Positions 7,857-18,258 are shown, counted from the first letter of the stretch. The stretch: DNA of 32,000 nt from Acaryochloris marina S15 (GCF_018336915.1 NZ_CP064923.1:2910001-2942000); one strand, 5' to 3'. Translations and numbers: made by a program. The notes: generated by a model not told the origin, from the sequence alone.

Positions 7857-10394
7857 TTATAGATCGCTAAGTAATTCTAACCTTTCTCGAATTTGCTGTC
7901 GCTGGCCATCAAGAGACTCTTCTAAGAATTTTAAATTTTCTTGTTCTTCGGCAATTCTTAATTCTAATATTTCTTGATCTTTAGAATATGATGTACTATG
8001 TAATCTATTTTTTAAGTAGCTAATTTCATTTTTCTTTGAGATCAACTCTTGTTCTTGCTCGTCAATCCAGAATTCTAATTTCTGCATACTATCTTGCTTA
8101 TTAGTATGATTTTGAGTAGTAGGATTGAACTCTCTAAAAGTCATGGGATTGATTGAAGGATAATCCTCTGAAAAGACTTTATCGAGATTTTCAGGACGCC
8201 GACCTGAAAACAACTGTTTGAGTTGCCCTTCAAATATCAGGTCAGAGTCTAAATTTTGATTTTGTTTAAATTGATGAAATGTTGGTTGACTAGCCAGTGT
8301 TGAATTGATGACCATACCTAAAACTCTACTTTGTGTATGGGTCAGTAGATTCTTAGCGATTAAGCCACTTTCAGTATCGACTAACTCAGGTCTTACAGTT
8401 AAGAGAAATCCATCAATAGCCTTGGCTAAGGATGAAGTAGCTGTGTTGGAAGTGATCTCAGGACAATCAATAATAAGGTAGTCATATCTCTCTCTCAAAA
8501 TATTTACTAGATGTTTAAATCGAGCAAACATACCTATAAATACAGTTTCCATCGGTATCTCAAATCCAATGGATGGCGAACCTGCAGTAAGTAAGTGCAA
8601 ATTCGTTTCCACCGCTTTGCACTCTATTTCTGAACTAATCTGCTCAATCTGTAGATAATTCCACAGCCCAAGGCCATTGCTTAAATCCCAAAGCTCATGT
8701 TGTACTGCATTTCTAAAATCAGCATCAATAATGAGCGTTTTTTTACCGCTTTGAGCGAGTCTTTGAGCGAGAAAAGCTACTATTGTTGATTTTCCTTCTC
8801 CGGCAACAGTACTGGTAACCCCGATTACATGGCAGTTAAACTCTGCACTGATACCCATCAAGTTGGTGTCTAAACACATCAAAGCTTGATTAAACTTGGG
8901 AGCGACCTTCAGTACATCATGCTTGGGGGTAAAGCCTTGATCTAGGGAACGTTTGAGAGAAGTTTCAAAGGGAATAATACTAAGTAAGCGATAGTTAAAT
9001 AGTTGCTGAACCTCGTAAAGACTTTTGAGGGATTTATCCCTTGCCTCTATCAATAATAAATTAGCTAGACTCAGGACTCCGCCTAGAAACCCACCTAATA
9101 GTAGGTAAAGAAGGATGGAAGGATTGGCAGAATCAGTTGGAATCACTGCTGGCGAAATGATTCGAGCATTAACAGAACTTTGATTTTCAGCAACTCTAAG
9201 TTCTTCTTGCTTATTAATCAATGTTTCGTATGTTAACTGTGCAGTTTCTCGACGCCGCTTAAACTCATCGAGTCTTCGTTGTAATTGAGGTAAGGATTGA
9301 GCCTGTTGCTCGTAGGTTTTGAGAATCTGTTTGAGCTTAACGACTTGGTTACTAGCAGATGCAGATTTGGCCTTCAGATCAACGACTTTAGCAGTGGTGA
9401 TCTGTTGCAACTCACCCGCTTGAATTAAAGTTGAACTTTGTGGAGGGCGCTGTCCCCGCACAGAAAGTTGTGCCCTTTGTCTAAGAATCTGTTGAAGCGA
9501 ACGCTCACGCTCCAGCAAATCGATCATAACTGGGTGAGAGAGGTTTAGACTATTTTTAGAAACTGCAATCTTAGACTGGGTCTCTTGTAGTTCCCTTAGA
9601 ACTTCTTGGACACCTTGTGATTGACTTAACTTAGTGGTCGATAACGCTTCCTTGGCCGTAATCCCAATTTGGTTTAACAAAGAATTTGCTTCATTATTGG
9701 CTTTGATTGCCTCTAGTTCTGCTTGAGTGATTTGTTCCTTAACTAGGGTAATACCATTCAAGATTGCTTGTTGTGACTGTTGTGAGTCCAAAAACTTATT
9801 TCGAGATTTAAAATTCTCTATGTTTAGTTCTGCATTTCTCAAATTGGCTTCAGCCTGGGGAATTTGCTTTTCAATAAATTGACGAGCAGATACCGTATCG
9901 TTTTGGTTGGTTTGAATATTATTCTGCAAATAGGCAGATAAAATGGCATCTACAACTCTTGCTGCCTGTCTTGGATCCTTATCTGGAAAGGAGACTCTCA
10001 ATAAATCAGAAGATTGGATCTGCCTAACTTCTAAATTCTCTTGAATAATTTCTGGTGTGATTAACTCAGGACTATTTTTTTGAAGGTTACCAGCTTTTAT
10101 AGCGAGTTCTAGAACTGGTATAGAACTAATAACTGCAGCTTCTGTCTCTAGAGGAATACTGTCTTGGTATAGCGGTTCCTTTTCGTTGATACCTTCACCA
10201 ACACCTGTCAGGGAAGAAGTATTAGCTTTACGCTTAATTAAAATAGAGCCTTCAGAAAGGTAAACTTTCTCCTGATTGATGCCAGCAAATAAACCGCAAG
10301 TAGCTCCAGCTAAGACGATTAAGAATGAAGATAGCCATTTCCGCTTTAAAAGGATCCAAATTCTCTCAAATTCTATGTTAGACGGGGGATTCAT
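7857..10394 (-). CDS. Wzc/GumC-like polysaccharide co-polymerase fused to a BY-kinase-type P-loop ATPase domain, with a coiled-coil C-terminal tail
   Basis: 845 aa. The N-terminus is Wzz-like with TM1 (WLSSFLIVLAGATCGLFAG). A long coiled-coil periplasmic region follows, then a second TM (SILLYLLLGGFLGGVLSLANLLLI). Walker A is VTSTVAGEGKSTIVAFLA, Walker A' is LIIDADFRN and Walker B is YDYLIIDCPE. Confidence 0.85.
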   Translation of the reverse strand: MNPPSNIEFERIWILLKRKWLSSFLIVLAGATCGLFAGINQEKVYLSEGSILIKRKANTSSLTGVGEGINEKEPLYQDSIPLETEAAVISSIPVLELAIKAGNLQKNSPELITPEIIQENLEVRQIQSSDLLRVSFPDKDPRQAARVVDAILSAYLQNNIQTNQNDTVSARQFIEKQIPQAEANLRNAELNIENFKSRNKFLDSQQSQQAILNGITLVKEQITQAELEAIKANNEANSLLNQIGITAKEALSTTKLSQSQGVQEVLRELQETQSKIAVSKNSLNLSHPVMIDLLERERSLQQILRQRAQLSVRGQRPPQSSTLIQAGELQQITTAKVVDLKAKSASASNQVVKLKQILKTYEQQAQSLPQLQRRLDEFKRRRETAQLTYETLINKQEELRVAENQSSVNARIISPAVIPTDSANPSILLYLLLGGFLGGVLSLANLLLIEARDKSLKSLYEVQQLFNYRLLSIIPFETSLKRSLDQGFTPKHDVLKVAPKFNQALMCLDTNLMGISAEFNCHVIGVTSTVAGEGKSTIVAFLAQRLAQSGKKTLIIDADFRNAVQHELWDLSNGLGLWNYLQIEQISSEIECKAVETNLHLLTAGSPSIGFEIPMETVFIGMFARFKHLVNILRERYDYLIIDCPEITSNTATSSLAKAIDGFLLTVRPELVDTESGLIAKNLLTHTQSRVLGMVINSTLASQPTFHQFKQNQNLDSDLIFEGQLKQLFSGRRPENLDKVFSEDYPSINPMTFREFNPTTQNHTNKQDSMQKLEFWIDEQEQELISKKNEISYLKNRLHSTSYSKDQEILELRIAEEQENLKFLEESLDGQRQQIRERLELLSDL

Positions 10395-10438
10395 TATGGT
10401 TCTTAGAATTAAAGTAATATTAACGGGGGATTTTTGTA

Positions 10439-11659
10439 TTAGTCATAAAAATTGTTTAGCTCTGAAGAAGACCTAGACAAATACTGATAATTCTGGGAAC
10501 TCATAGATCTTTGACGAGTATTGGATTGTTCAAAGTAGTCACGATTTTGGCTATGAATAATTCCAAGGCTCATAATGACCCAAGTGGGTTTGCGATGTTC
10601 CCAAGATAATGACATCGCTCCAATAAATAGAATAGAGAACACTACTATCCAGAGTCTAGAGAACCTTGCAGAGCATATTATTGCAATTAAAAATACGGTT
10701 AATAAGAGTAACAGGCCAATAAAACCAACTTCAAATAAACTAGATAGGAAAGTATTATGGGCAACATGGTCAGCTTCTACTGTGGTTTTGAACGCTCCAC
10801 TACCTACCCCAAAGAGAGGTTCCTGCGAATAGTTGAATAATCCTTCTTTCCATATTTCTCCTCGCCCATTCATATCCCCAGAAGAGATTGAATCACCTGC
10901 GGTTGATAATCGGCTAAATGTTTCAGCAGGAATGATAAAAGGAAGAGCAAAAATACAAATCGTCCCCAAACCAAAGAAAAGGGCTTGGTGAACAAAAGTA
11001 AAATTCCGGATAGCTGAAACGATATAAAGCAAGCTAGGAGCTAGACTAATCATGGCTGTTCTAGATGCAGTCAGTAGAATTCCTGATATTGCAATCGGTA
11101 TAAACAGGGTATTAGTAACTTTGAGAGGGTGGTTTGCTTTATTTTGATTGTCTGATACTAATAAGTACCAAGCCATCGGTATCCCTAAAGAAATAATGAT
11201 GCCTAAGTCGTTGTCATCAAAATTTCCAGCAGCGAATCGCCCAAACTTGCCATGGTTGCCAGCTAGAAAATTGGAATAAGTACTAGCAACAGAGACATAC
11301 ACACCAAAAATATAAGCTTGCATAGCAGATCGACTTGCTGCTTCAGATTTAAGCCGGTCCCATAATATAAAAATTAGAATCCCAAGCTGAGTATAAGTAT
11401 TAGCTCTCTCAAGAGTCTCAGGTAAGGAATGAGACCAAAATATACTGCCAATGCTCCAACTAAAGAAAAGACAAGCAGCAATATGGAAAGGGTGAGGCCA
11501 ACGAATCTGTTTTTTTAAAATAAGATTGGCTGCCCAGGCTAAAAACAGCAGTAGACCCATAACCCTAGTAATTGTTCCCAAGCCAGGCAAAAATATAATT
11601 TGCTCAATCGGAACTGAGAAAATAAATAATAAGACGAGCCAATTAAGTATTTGCTTCAT
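10439..11659 (-). CDS. O-antigen ligase/polymerase family integral membrane protein (Wzy-like)
   Basis: 406 aa with about 10 predicted hydrophobic helices. A central segment, GILLTASRTAMISLAPSLLYIV, is typical of the Wzy_C/O-antigen ligase family, and there is a large loop before the last helices. It sits between the Wzc-like gene and the divergent Wzx gene. Confidence 0.7.
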   Translation of the reverse strand: MKQILNWLVLLFIFSVPIEQIIFLPGLGTITRVMGLLLFLAWAANLILKKQIRWPHPFHIAACLFFSWSIGSIFWSHSLPETLERANTYTQLGILIFILWDRLKSEAASRSAMQAYIFGVYVSVASTYSNFLAGNHGKFGRFAAGNFDDNDLGIIISLGIPMAWYLLVSDNQNKANHPLKVTNTLFIPIAISGILLTASRTAMISLAPSLLYIVSAIRNFTFVHQALFFGLGTICIFALPFIIPAETFSRLSTAGDSISSGDMNGRGEIWKEGLFNYSQEPLFGVGSGAFKTTVEADHVAHNTFLSSLFEVGFIGLLLLLTVFLIAIICSARFSRLWIVVFSILFIGAMSLSWEHRKPTWVIMSLGIIHSQNRDYFEQSNTRQRSMSSQNYQYLSRSSSELNNFYD

Positions 11660-12369
11660 ATAGATGCTAACTGGTTTTGATCAGGACTGAAATTACTGTG
11701 TGTTCAACCTCTAAAACCTTAATATACTTAGTTTTAAAACCTTTCATAATTAAAAAATGGACGAAGTTCGGGTAGAATATGATTCAATGACACCTGACTA
11801 ATTTTAGATTAGAGTCTCCATGAAAACCAACAGTAAGTTATGAATTCATGATTAGTAGGAATTATTTTTATTCATACACATAAAATATTTTACACCAATA
11901 AATTTATATTTCTTGCAAATTAGTATGGAATATAAAGTAATTTTTTGTCATTAAAGCGAGCAAATGTCATTTAAAGTCATTTTAGTGGATATTGCCATCT
12001 TGTTTTTTATGGTGTATAACCAGGGGACGACTTAACTATCTAACCAAGGAATGTTATTTTAGCAAGAGTTTACCCTTTAGTAATGTCACTCACAAGATAT
12101 CAATTGAGTTCGATATCTAGTAGTTGAAATTGTATGAAGCATTCAGGCTAAAATTGTAAGAGTGCTCTAAGAAGACGCTTCAGCTTTATATTTTTTTCAT
12201 TAATTTAAACTCACTTTAATAAAGTTAATTTAGGAGAGGGGAAGCCTTTTTCTAGCTATTCATCAACGGAGAAACATTGCGCTTTTTTAGTGCTGGCGAG
12301 CTAGATAGACTCTCGTTAATTATTTTTATCTTCTAAATTTATGTATTCTCTAAATGTGGGTTCCCTGAG

Positions 12370-13728
12370 TTGAATTTATTAGTATATTTTAAAGGACACT
12401 TTAATCATATTTTCAATAACCATTTTTTATTTATAAAGAACAACCATCTATTTAGAGGGATAACTACAACCTTTGGGCTAAAGATTTCGTCTACGGGTTT
12501 AGGTTTATTGACCAATATATTGTTGGCAAGATTACTTGGCAAAGCAGGCTTGGGAATATATATCTATGCTTTAGCTTGGGTGAATTTGCTCGTCGTACCT
12601 TCGACATTAGGCTTTAGGAAATTAATGGTGCGAGAAGTTGCAGTTTGTAAGACAAAGTCACTCTGGGGCGAGTTTAATGGTCTTGTGAAATGGACGAATA
12701 GTTTTACCTTTTTTCTCTCCTGTGCCATTGCCTTGATTGTTTTTTTTGTATCTAGCGTGATTGGAGGTGAAACAAGTAAAACTATTCATTCAGCTTTAGC
12801 TATAGCTCTTTTTCTTTTGCCAATTAAATCATTAACAATTATTCGAGCATCGATCCTTCAAGGGCTTGATAAAATTGTTAAAAGTCAGCTTCCAGAGCTT
12901 TTGTTTGCACCTATCCTTTCATTGATTTTTATAGGTATAGCATATTTATTTTCTGGGATTAAGGTATCAGTTGACTTTATTCTAATTTTGAGAGTAACAG
13001 CATTTTATATCGCATTTTATATTGGCTCCCAGTGGTTGAAACAGTCACTCCCTTCTCTTGTGAAGCAGGCACAACCAAAATATTATCCGCAGAAATGGTT
13101 AAGCGCGGCTATTCCCTTGATGTTTCTAGAAGGGATGCGTACGATTCATCATCAAACTGATGCTCTGATGTTAGGGGCTATGCAAGGTCCAGAAGCTGTT
13201 GGACTTTACTCTGTTTTGAGTAAAGGAGTCATGCTGGTTGTTTTTATTCTAGGAGCAGTGGATACAGCTTTGTCACCTTTAATTGCTAAGTTATATACCC
13301 TTGGCGATATAAATAAACTTCAAAAAATTGTAACCAAATCATCTCGAATAGTATTTATTGTTTCTTCACTAATTACGCTCGTATTTCTTTTCTTTGGTCA
13401 TTGGTTCTTGCTTTTGTTTGGCCAGGAATTTGTTGAAGGCAGAACTGCTTTGAATATTTTGTGTATTGGCAAGATGCTTGGAGCATTGACGACATCATCC
13501 ACTTTTCTACTAACAATGACTGGTCACGAACGCCATGTAATGGTTAGTGCAATCGTTAGTTCAAGTCTAAATCTAGTTTTAAATTTCTTCTTTATCCCTA
13601 AGTGGGGAATAGAAGGGGCTGCATTAGCAACCACTATTTCAAATGTTTTCTTACATTACTGGAATGGTTTCTCTGTATGGAAAACAACTCACGTTAATCC
13701 TACACCTTTTGTTTTAGAAGCCAAATGA
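12370..13728 (+). CDS. Wzx-type oligosaccharide flippase (polysaccharide biosynthesis protein, MOP superfamily)
   Basis: 452 aa, about 12 hydrophobic helices and the usual N-terminal LLTNILLARLLGKAGLGIY pattern. The track uses a TTG start at 12370. There is no in-frame ATG until about aa 85, so a non-ATG start near here is likely. Confidence 0.8.
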   Translation: MNLLVYFKGHFNHIFNNHFLFIKNNHLFRGITTTFGLKISSTGLGLLTNILLARLLGKAGLGIYIYALAWVNLLVVPSTLGFRKLMVREVAVCKTKSLWGEFNGLVKWTNSFTFFLSCAIALIVFFVSSVIGGETSKTIHSALAIALFLLPIKSLTIIRASILQGLDKIVKSQLPELLFAPILSLIFIGIAYLFSGIKVSVDFILILRVTAFYIAFYIGSQWLKQSLPSLVKQAQPKYYPQKWLSAAIPLMFLEGMRTIHHQTDALMLGAMQGPEAVGLYSVLSKGVMLVVFILGAVDTALSPLIAKLYTLGDINKLQKIVTKSSRIVFIVSSLITLVFLFFGHWFLLLFGQEFVEGRTALNILCIGKMLGALTTSSTFLLTMTGHERHVMVSAIVSSSLNLVLNFFFIPKWGIEGAALATTISNVFLHYWNGFSVWKTTHVNPTPFVLEAK

Positions 13729-13764
13729 GTCTGTTAAAGAATTAGAGTAAGGAGTTAAAAAATA

Positions 13765-14535
13765 GTGAAAAATCCACAATATCCAACAACCAAGTTCTGT
13801 TTGCTCACAACTCAGCGAAGTGGATCGACTTGGCTAAATGAGTTATTGGGCAGTCATCCAGAAGTCAAGTTATTTTCCGGAGAAATATTTTTAGATAGAC
13901 CCTCTACAAATAATATTGGATGGATTGACGATCCTGACTTCATGACATTTTATGATTATCGTAACAAATTAAAACTAGACCGTCCTTGGACTACATTTAA
14001 TTATTTGGATGAAATTGATGATTATCCTGGAGATCATAAAGCCATTGGATTTCATCTCATGTATAATCAGTTGGCTGATTATCCAGAAATATTATTTAGA
14101 CTAATAGTAGATGGCTATAAAATAATTCATCTGGAAAGACAGAACTATTTGGATACACTGATCTCTATGGCTAATATGAACCGGAGAAATATTGTCCACT
14201 CTAGGAACAATATGGATATTTCGGCTATCCATTTAGATATTGATGTCTTGTGGAAAAGTCTCTGTCGGCAGGAAGAGAAAATTGCTATTGTTAAAAGATT
14301 GATTCGTTTCCTACCAATAAAAAGCTTTAAGGTGACATATGAGTCTTTGCGGTGCGATAGAGAAAATCAATTGCATGATATTGCTCAGTTTTTAGGTGTT
14401 TCTGCAAGGGATATTAAGTTCCAGAGCAGTCTTAAAAAAATTAGTCAAGGTTCATATTCTAAAAAAATAAAGAACTTTGAGCAAGTTCGTCAAAAATTGC
14501 TAGGAACAAGATTTGAGGAATTTATCGGTGGATAA
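13765..14535 (+). CDS. Sulfotransferase (Stf0-like / PAPS-dependent)
   Basis: 256 aa with a GTG start preceded by AAGGAG. The 5'-phosphosulfate-binding loop reads LLTTQRSGSTWLNELL. The second PAPS-contact region reads IIHLERQNYLDTLIS. The protein is soluble and has no TM segment. Confidence 0.7.
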   Translation: MKNPQYPTTKFCLLTTQRSGSTWLNELLGSHPEVKLFSGEIFLDRPSTNNIGWIDDPDFMTFYDYRNKLKLDRPWTTFNYLDEIDDYPGDHKAIGFHLMYNQLADYPEILFRLIVDGYKIIHLERQNYLDTLISMANMNRRNIVHSRNNMDISAIHLDIDVLWKSLCRQEEKIAIVKRLIRFLPIKSFKVTYESLRCDRENQLHDIAQFLGVSARDIKFQSSLKKISQGSYSKKIKNFEQVRQKLLGTRFEEFIGG

Positions 14536-14577
14536 GCTACTCATTGATTTTTATACTGTGTTTTCCATAGAATTATA

Positions 14578-15678
14578 ATGAGTTCATCAAAACAAAAGAT
14601 TGCTTTTTTTATACCTTCACTTGCGGGTGGTGGAGCTGAGCGAATTTGGCTTATTCTTAGTAATGGACTCGCTGAACTTGGGTATGACGTTGATTTAGTA
14701 CTATCAACAGCTCAAGGTCCCTATCTAGATCAAGTATCTACTAAAGTGCGTGTTGTCGATCTAAAATCATCTCGTACAATCTTGAGTCTGTTCTCTCTTG
14801 TAAAGTATCTCAAGTCTGAACAACCAAAGGTTTTATTTTCTGCTCTAAACCATGCAAATCTGATTGCCTTAATAGCTCAAAAAATATCAAATTCTTCTAC
14901 CAAGATATTTGCTAGTGTTCATTGCTTTTTATCTCTAGATGTTCATAATTGTGCAAGAAAACGAGAGAGACTGATTCCTACTTTGATTCGATATATTTAT
15001 CCATGGGCGAGTGGGATTATTGCAGTATCTCAAGGAGTTGCAGACGAGCTTATAAGTGTTACTCACTTACCTAAAGATTTAGTGAATGTAATTTATAACC
15101 CTGTCGTATCAGAGGATCTGCTTAAAAAGTCTAAGGACTCAGTGGAACATCCTTGGTTAGTAGATAAAGAAATACCTGTGATATTGGGAGTTGGTCGACT
15201 AATTCAACAAAAAGATTTTCCATGTCTAATTAAGGCATTTCATGAGTTACAAGAAATACGACCTTCTCGTCTGATTATTTTAGGGGAAGGTGAAGAACGG
15301 GTGAATTTAGAGTCTCTCATTGAAAAGCTAGGTCTAGAAGATAAAGTTGATCTACCTGGATTTGTCGCAAATCCTTATGCCTATATGGCGAAAGCAGATG
15401 TTTTTGTTTTGTCCTCAGCTTGGGAAGGATTACCTACAGTATTAATTGAAGCTCTTGCAACTGGAACACCTGTTGTATCTACAAATTGTAAAAGCGGTCC
15501 AGATGAAATTTTGGAAGATGGGAAAATTGGAAACCTCACTCCAGTTGGTAATATTTATGAATTAGCCAACTCAATTCATAAGATGTTGAAAGAACCAACA
15601 GAGTCAGAGTTATTACTACGTCGTTCAGGAGATTTTTCTCAAGAATCTATCTTGAATAAATACCTGCAATTAGTTTAG
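14578..15678 (+). CDS. Glycosyltransferase family 4 (GT-B, retaining)
   Basis: 366 aa. The N-terminus is KIAFFIPSLAGGGAERI and the E-x7-E motif is EGLPTVLIEALATGTPVVSTNCKSGPDEIL. Confidence 0.9.
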   Translation: MSSSKQKIAFFIPSLAGGGAERIWLILSNGLAELGYDVDLVLSTAQGPYLDQVSTKVRVVDLKSSRTILSLFSLVKYLKSEQPKVLFSALNHANLIALIAQKISNSSTKIFASVHCFLSLDVHNCARKRERLIPTLIRYIYPWASGIIAVSQGVADELISVTHLPKDLVNVIYNPVVSEDLLKKSKDSVEHPWLVDKEIPVILGVGRLIQQKDFPCLIKAFHELQEIRPSRLIILGEGEERVNLESLIEKLGLEDKVDLPGFVANPYAYMAKADVFVLSSAWEGLPTVLIEALATGTPVVSTNCKSGPDEILEDGKIGNLTPVGNIYELANSIHKMLKEPTESELLLRRSGDFSQESILNKYLQLV

Positions 15679-15739
15679 TTGAAACTATCTTATTGTTATT
15701 GTTTATCTTGTTGACTGATTTAGTATTGATTTGAATAAT

Positions 15740-16900
15740 ATGAATGAAGAAAATAAGAAAATAGTCTTTCTCATTACGTCTTTGGAGTATGGTGGTGCGC
15801 AGACACAACTTATTCCCTTAGCTTTCGAACTTAAGAAGCTTGGATGGGAGATTTTGGTGGTATCGATGCGAACTCCAGAAGCGTTTGTTGAGGATTTGAA
15901 TAAAGCTGCTATATCAGTAGCCTCTTTGGACATGCCAAAAGGAATACCTGATCCAAGAGCCATACTAAAATTAGTAAGGATTTTAAAAGATTTTAAACCC
16001 CAAATTCTAAATTCACATATGTTTCATGCGAATCTATTGGCTCGCATTACTAGACTACTTGTAAAGGTTCCAGTGTTAATTTCAACAGCTCATAATGTAA
16101 ACGAAAAGTCTTCCGCCCAGGACCAATTGGATAAAGCAAGTTGGTTCGAAATTGCATATCGATTAACAGATCCTTTAAGCAACCTCACTACAACGATTTG
16201 CCAAGCAGGTGTTGATAGATATGTGCATGTAAAGGCTGTACCTTCAGAGAAGATTCTTTTTATACCGAATAGTGTTGATACTCGTCGATTCTATCCAGAT
16301 CGATCAGTACGTGAGTTGGTTCGTACTTCATTAGGAATAGAGAATCAATTTTGTTGGCTTGCAATCGGTAGATTGGAACTTCAAAAAGATTATCCGACAA
16401 TGCTTTCGGCGTTCTCAATACTTGTAAATCAGTATCCTGATACGCAATTGTTGATTTGTGGGACTGGCTCTCTCCAAGATGAAATTGAAAACTTAGTATT
16501 CTCTTTGAAGTTAGAAAGAAATGTAAAGTTGTTAGGGGTTCGTAAAGATATTCCTCAGTTGATGAATTCAGTCGATGGTTATGTAATGTCCTCAGCTTGG
16601 GAAGGAATGCCTATTGTGCTGCTTGAGGCTTCTGCAACTGGATTACCAATAGTATCAACAAATGTAGGTGGAAATTCAGAAGTGGTAATACATGGTCAAA
16701 ATGGATTTCTTGTACCGCCTCATGATGATAGAGCTTTGGCATTACAGATGAGTGAACTAATGGCTCTAACACCTAATCAACACAACAATATGAGCAAGGC
16801 AGGTACAAATCATATTCTCAATAAACACCAATTAGATAAACTTAGTAATCAGTGGAATAGCCTTTATGAAAAAACTTTTGAAGAAGTGACGAATTTATAG
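15740..16900 (+). CDS. Glycosyltransferase family 4
   Basis: The track ORF starts at TTG 15731. The first ATG at 15740 gives MNEENKKIVFLITSLEYGGAQTQ. The E-x7-E motif is EGMPIVLLEASATGLPIVSTNVGGNSEVV. Confidence 0.9.
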   Translation: MNEENKKIVFLITSLEYGGAQTQLIPLAFELKKLGWEILVVSMRTPEAFVEDLNKAAISVASLDMPKGIPDPRAILKLVRILKDFKPQILNSHMFHANLLARITRLLVKVPVLISTAHNVNEKSSAQDQLDKASWFEIAYRLTDPLSNLTTTICQAGVDRYVHVKAVPSEKILFIPNSVDTRRFYPDRSVRELVRTSLGIENQFCWLAIGRLELQKDYPTMLSAFSILVNQYPDTQLLICGTGSLQDEIENLVFSLKLERNVKLLGVRKDIPQLMNSVDGYVMSSAWEGMPIVLLEASATGLPIVSTNVGGNSEVVIHGQNGFLVPPHDDRALALQMSELMALTPNQHNNMSKAGTNHILNKHQLDKLSNQWNSLYEKTFEEVTNL

Positions 16901-16905
16901 TGTAG

Positions 16906-17877
16906 CTACAGAGTTGAAAAGTAGTATTTATTAAGAATTTTTTTGAGATAAGGCCGTCCAATAGCAGAATTATATATTTTGTAGAATTTACTACTCCTTT
17001 GACTAACCTGCCAACTATGTCTAAGTAATGATTGGATAGTAAACCAATTGATTGCTTTTTTTTGTGCTAGCAAGTCACCATTAGAATAATCTTTAAAGTA
17101 ACCTTCTATAAAACTATTGATTAAGATTCTCGGAACTTGATTAAAGGTAAAGGATTTCGTTCCCCAGTAAAGTAATTCAATGCCTGCGATAAATTTACCA
17201 ACAGTATGAAGTTGAGGCTCTAGTTTTTTTGTCATGCATAAGTCTAGACAATATAGTTTGTGTTTGTTGATTAGAATGTCGCGGCAATCAAAGTCTGTTA
17301 ATCCAACGGAGTACGTTAATTGCATAGGAGTAAACGAAGATTTTAGTCTATCTACAAGATCCTCATATAGATTATGGCAGTACTCATTGGGAGATGTAAC
17401 TAATTTATTTTCAGTTTCCATGGCTAGATGAACTCTACGAAGCCATCTTCCAATGCGATATAATTCATCAGTTGAAGTTGACTTTCTTAAGGAATAATAT
17501 AAATCTTCAGCATCTAGTTTGAAACTAACAATTGCATTCCACTTCTCAAGATAAGTTAAGATAGGCAGAGTATAAACTGATAAATCTTCTGATTTAATAC
17601 TTTCTAAAAACCAAGAATATGATTGATACTCTCTTTGTCCTATCTCTCTGGAATTTTCATCTTTAGTCGATTCGTAAAGTGAATTTCCATCAATATTCTT
17701 GTATTTTAGGATTTTTACATATAGTTCTTGGCCATTAGAAAGTTTGTAAATTATCAAAAAACACGTATGCCGAATTTCTAATTCTGCAGAATCAATTACA
17801 TTGACATTATTATCAACAAAAAAATTGAAGCTATTAATATCATGCCTTATTTCATTTATAACTGCATTATTATTCAT
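16906..17877 (-). CDS. Hypothetical protein with protein-kinase-like (APH/Kdo-WaaP-type) fold signatures; possible sugar/polysaccharide kinase
   Basis: 323 aa. Candidate beta3 Lys is in LYVKILKY and candidate alphaC Glu in GQREYQS. The catalytic-loop-like segment is LTDFDCRDILINKHKLYCLDL (compare HGD…N-IL…IDF of small-molecule kinases). This assignment comes from motif resemblance only. The gene converges on the GT4 gene, with stops 5 bp apart. Confidence 0.45.
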   Translation of the reverse strand: MNNNAVINEIRHDINSFNFFVDNNVNVIDSAELEIRHTCFLIIYKLSNGQELYVKILKYKNIDGNSLYESTKDENSREIGQREYQSYSWFLESIKSEDLSVYTLPILTYLEKWNAIVSFKLDAEDLYYSLRKSTSTDELYRIGRWLRRVHLAMETENKLVTSPNEYCHNLYEDLVDRLKSSFTPMQLTYSVGLTDFDCRDILINKHKLYCLDLCMTKKLEPQLHTVGKFIAGIELLYWGTKSFTFNQVPRILINSFIEGYFKDYSNGDLLAQKKAINWFTIQSLLRHSWQVSQRSSKFYKIYNSAIGRPYLKKILNKYYFSTL

Positions 17878-18258
17878 TGTTGTCGAAGTAAGTATAAATG
17901 ATCTTTTATTGAGCTATCTTTAATAGTCTTAACATGGCTAGAGAAAGAATATTAGTAATCATTCGTTTGAGTTATAAGTTTGTTGTTTTCTGACTAAATT
18001 TTAGTTTAATACAAATTTCAGAACTTGGTTTACTTAAAATGTATACTTGTATCTTAAAATTGGACATACAAGAATATTAATTTTGATTTTCTTGACAGAG
18101 TAGATTGACGCTAAATTATTAATTTTAATTATTTTTTGCCTTCAAATTAATTTTAGGTTAAAATAGGAATATCGTCAATATCTTGTCAGATTAAATTCGG
18201 TGTATTTATCTATGAAATAAATAATTTAATTATAAAGAGTATAAGTTTTCTACCTCTA

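Noticed and set aside
10276-17431. Small ORFs 10276-10476, 10575-10832, 15703-15963 and 17234-17431
   Set aside because: They are antisense to, or overlap, well-supported genes (wzc-like, wzy-like, GT4, kinase-fold protein). They have no motifs of their own.
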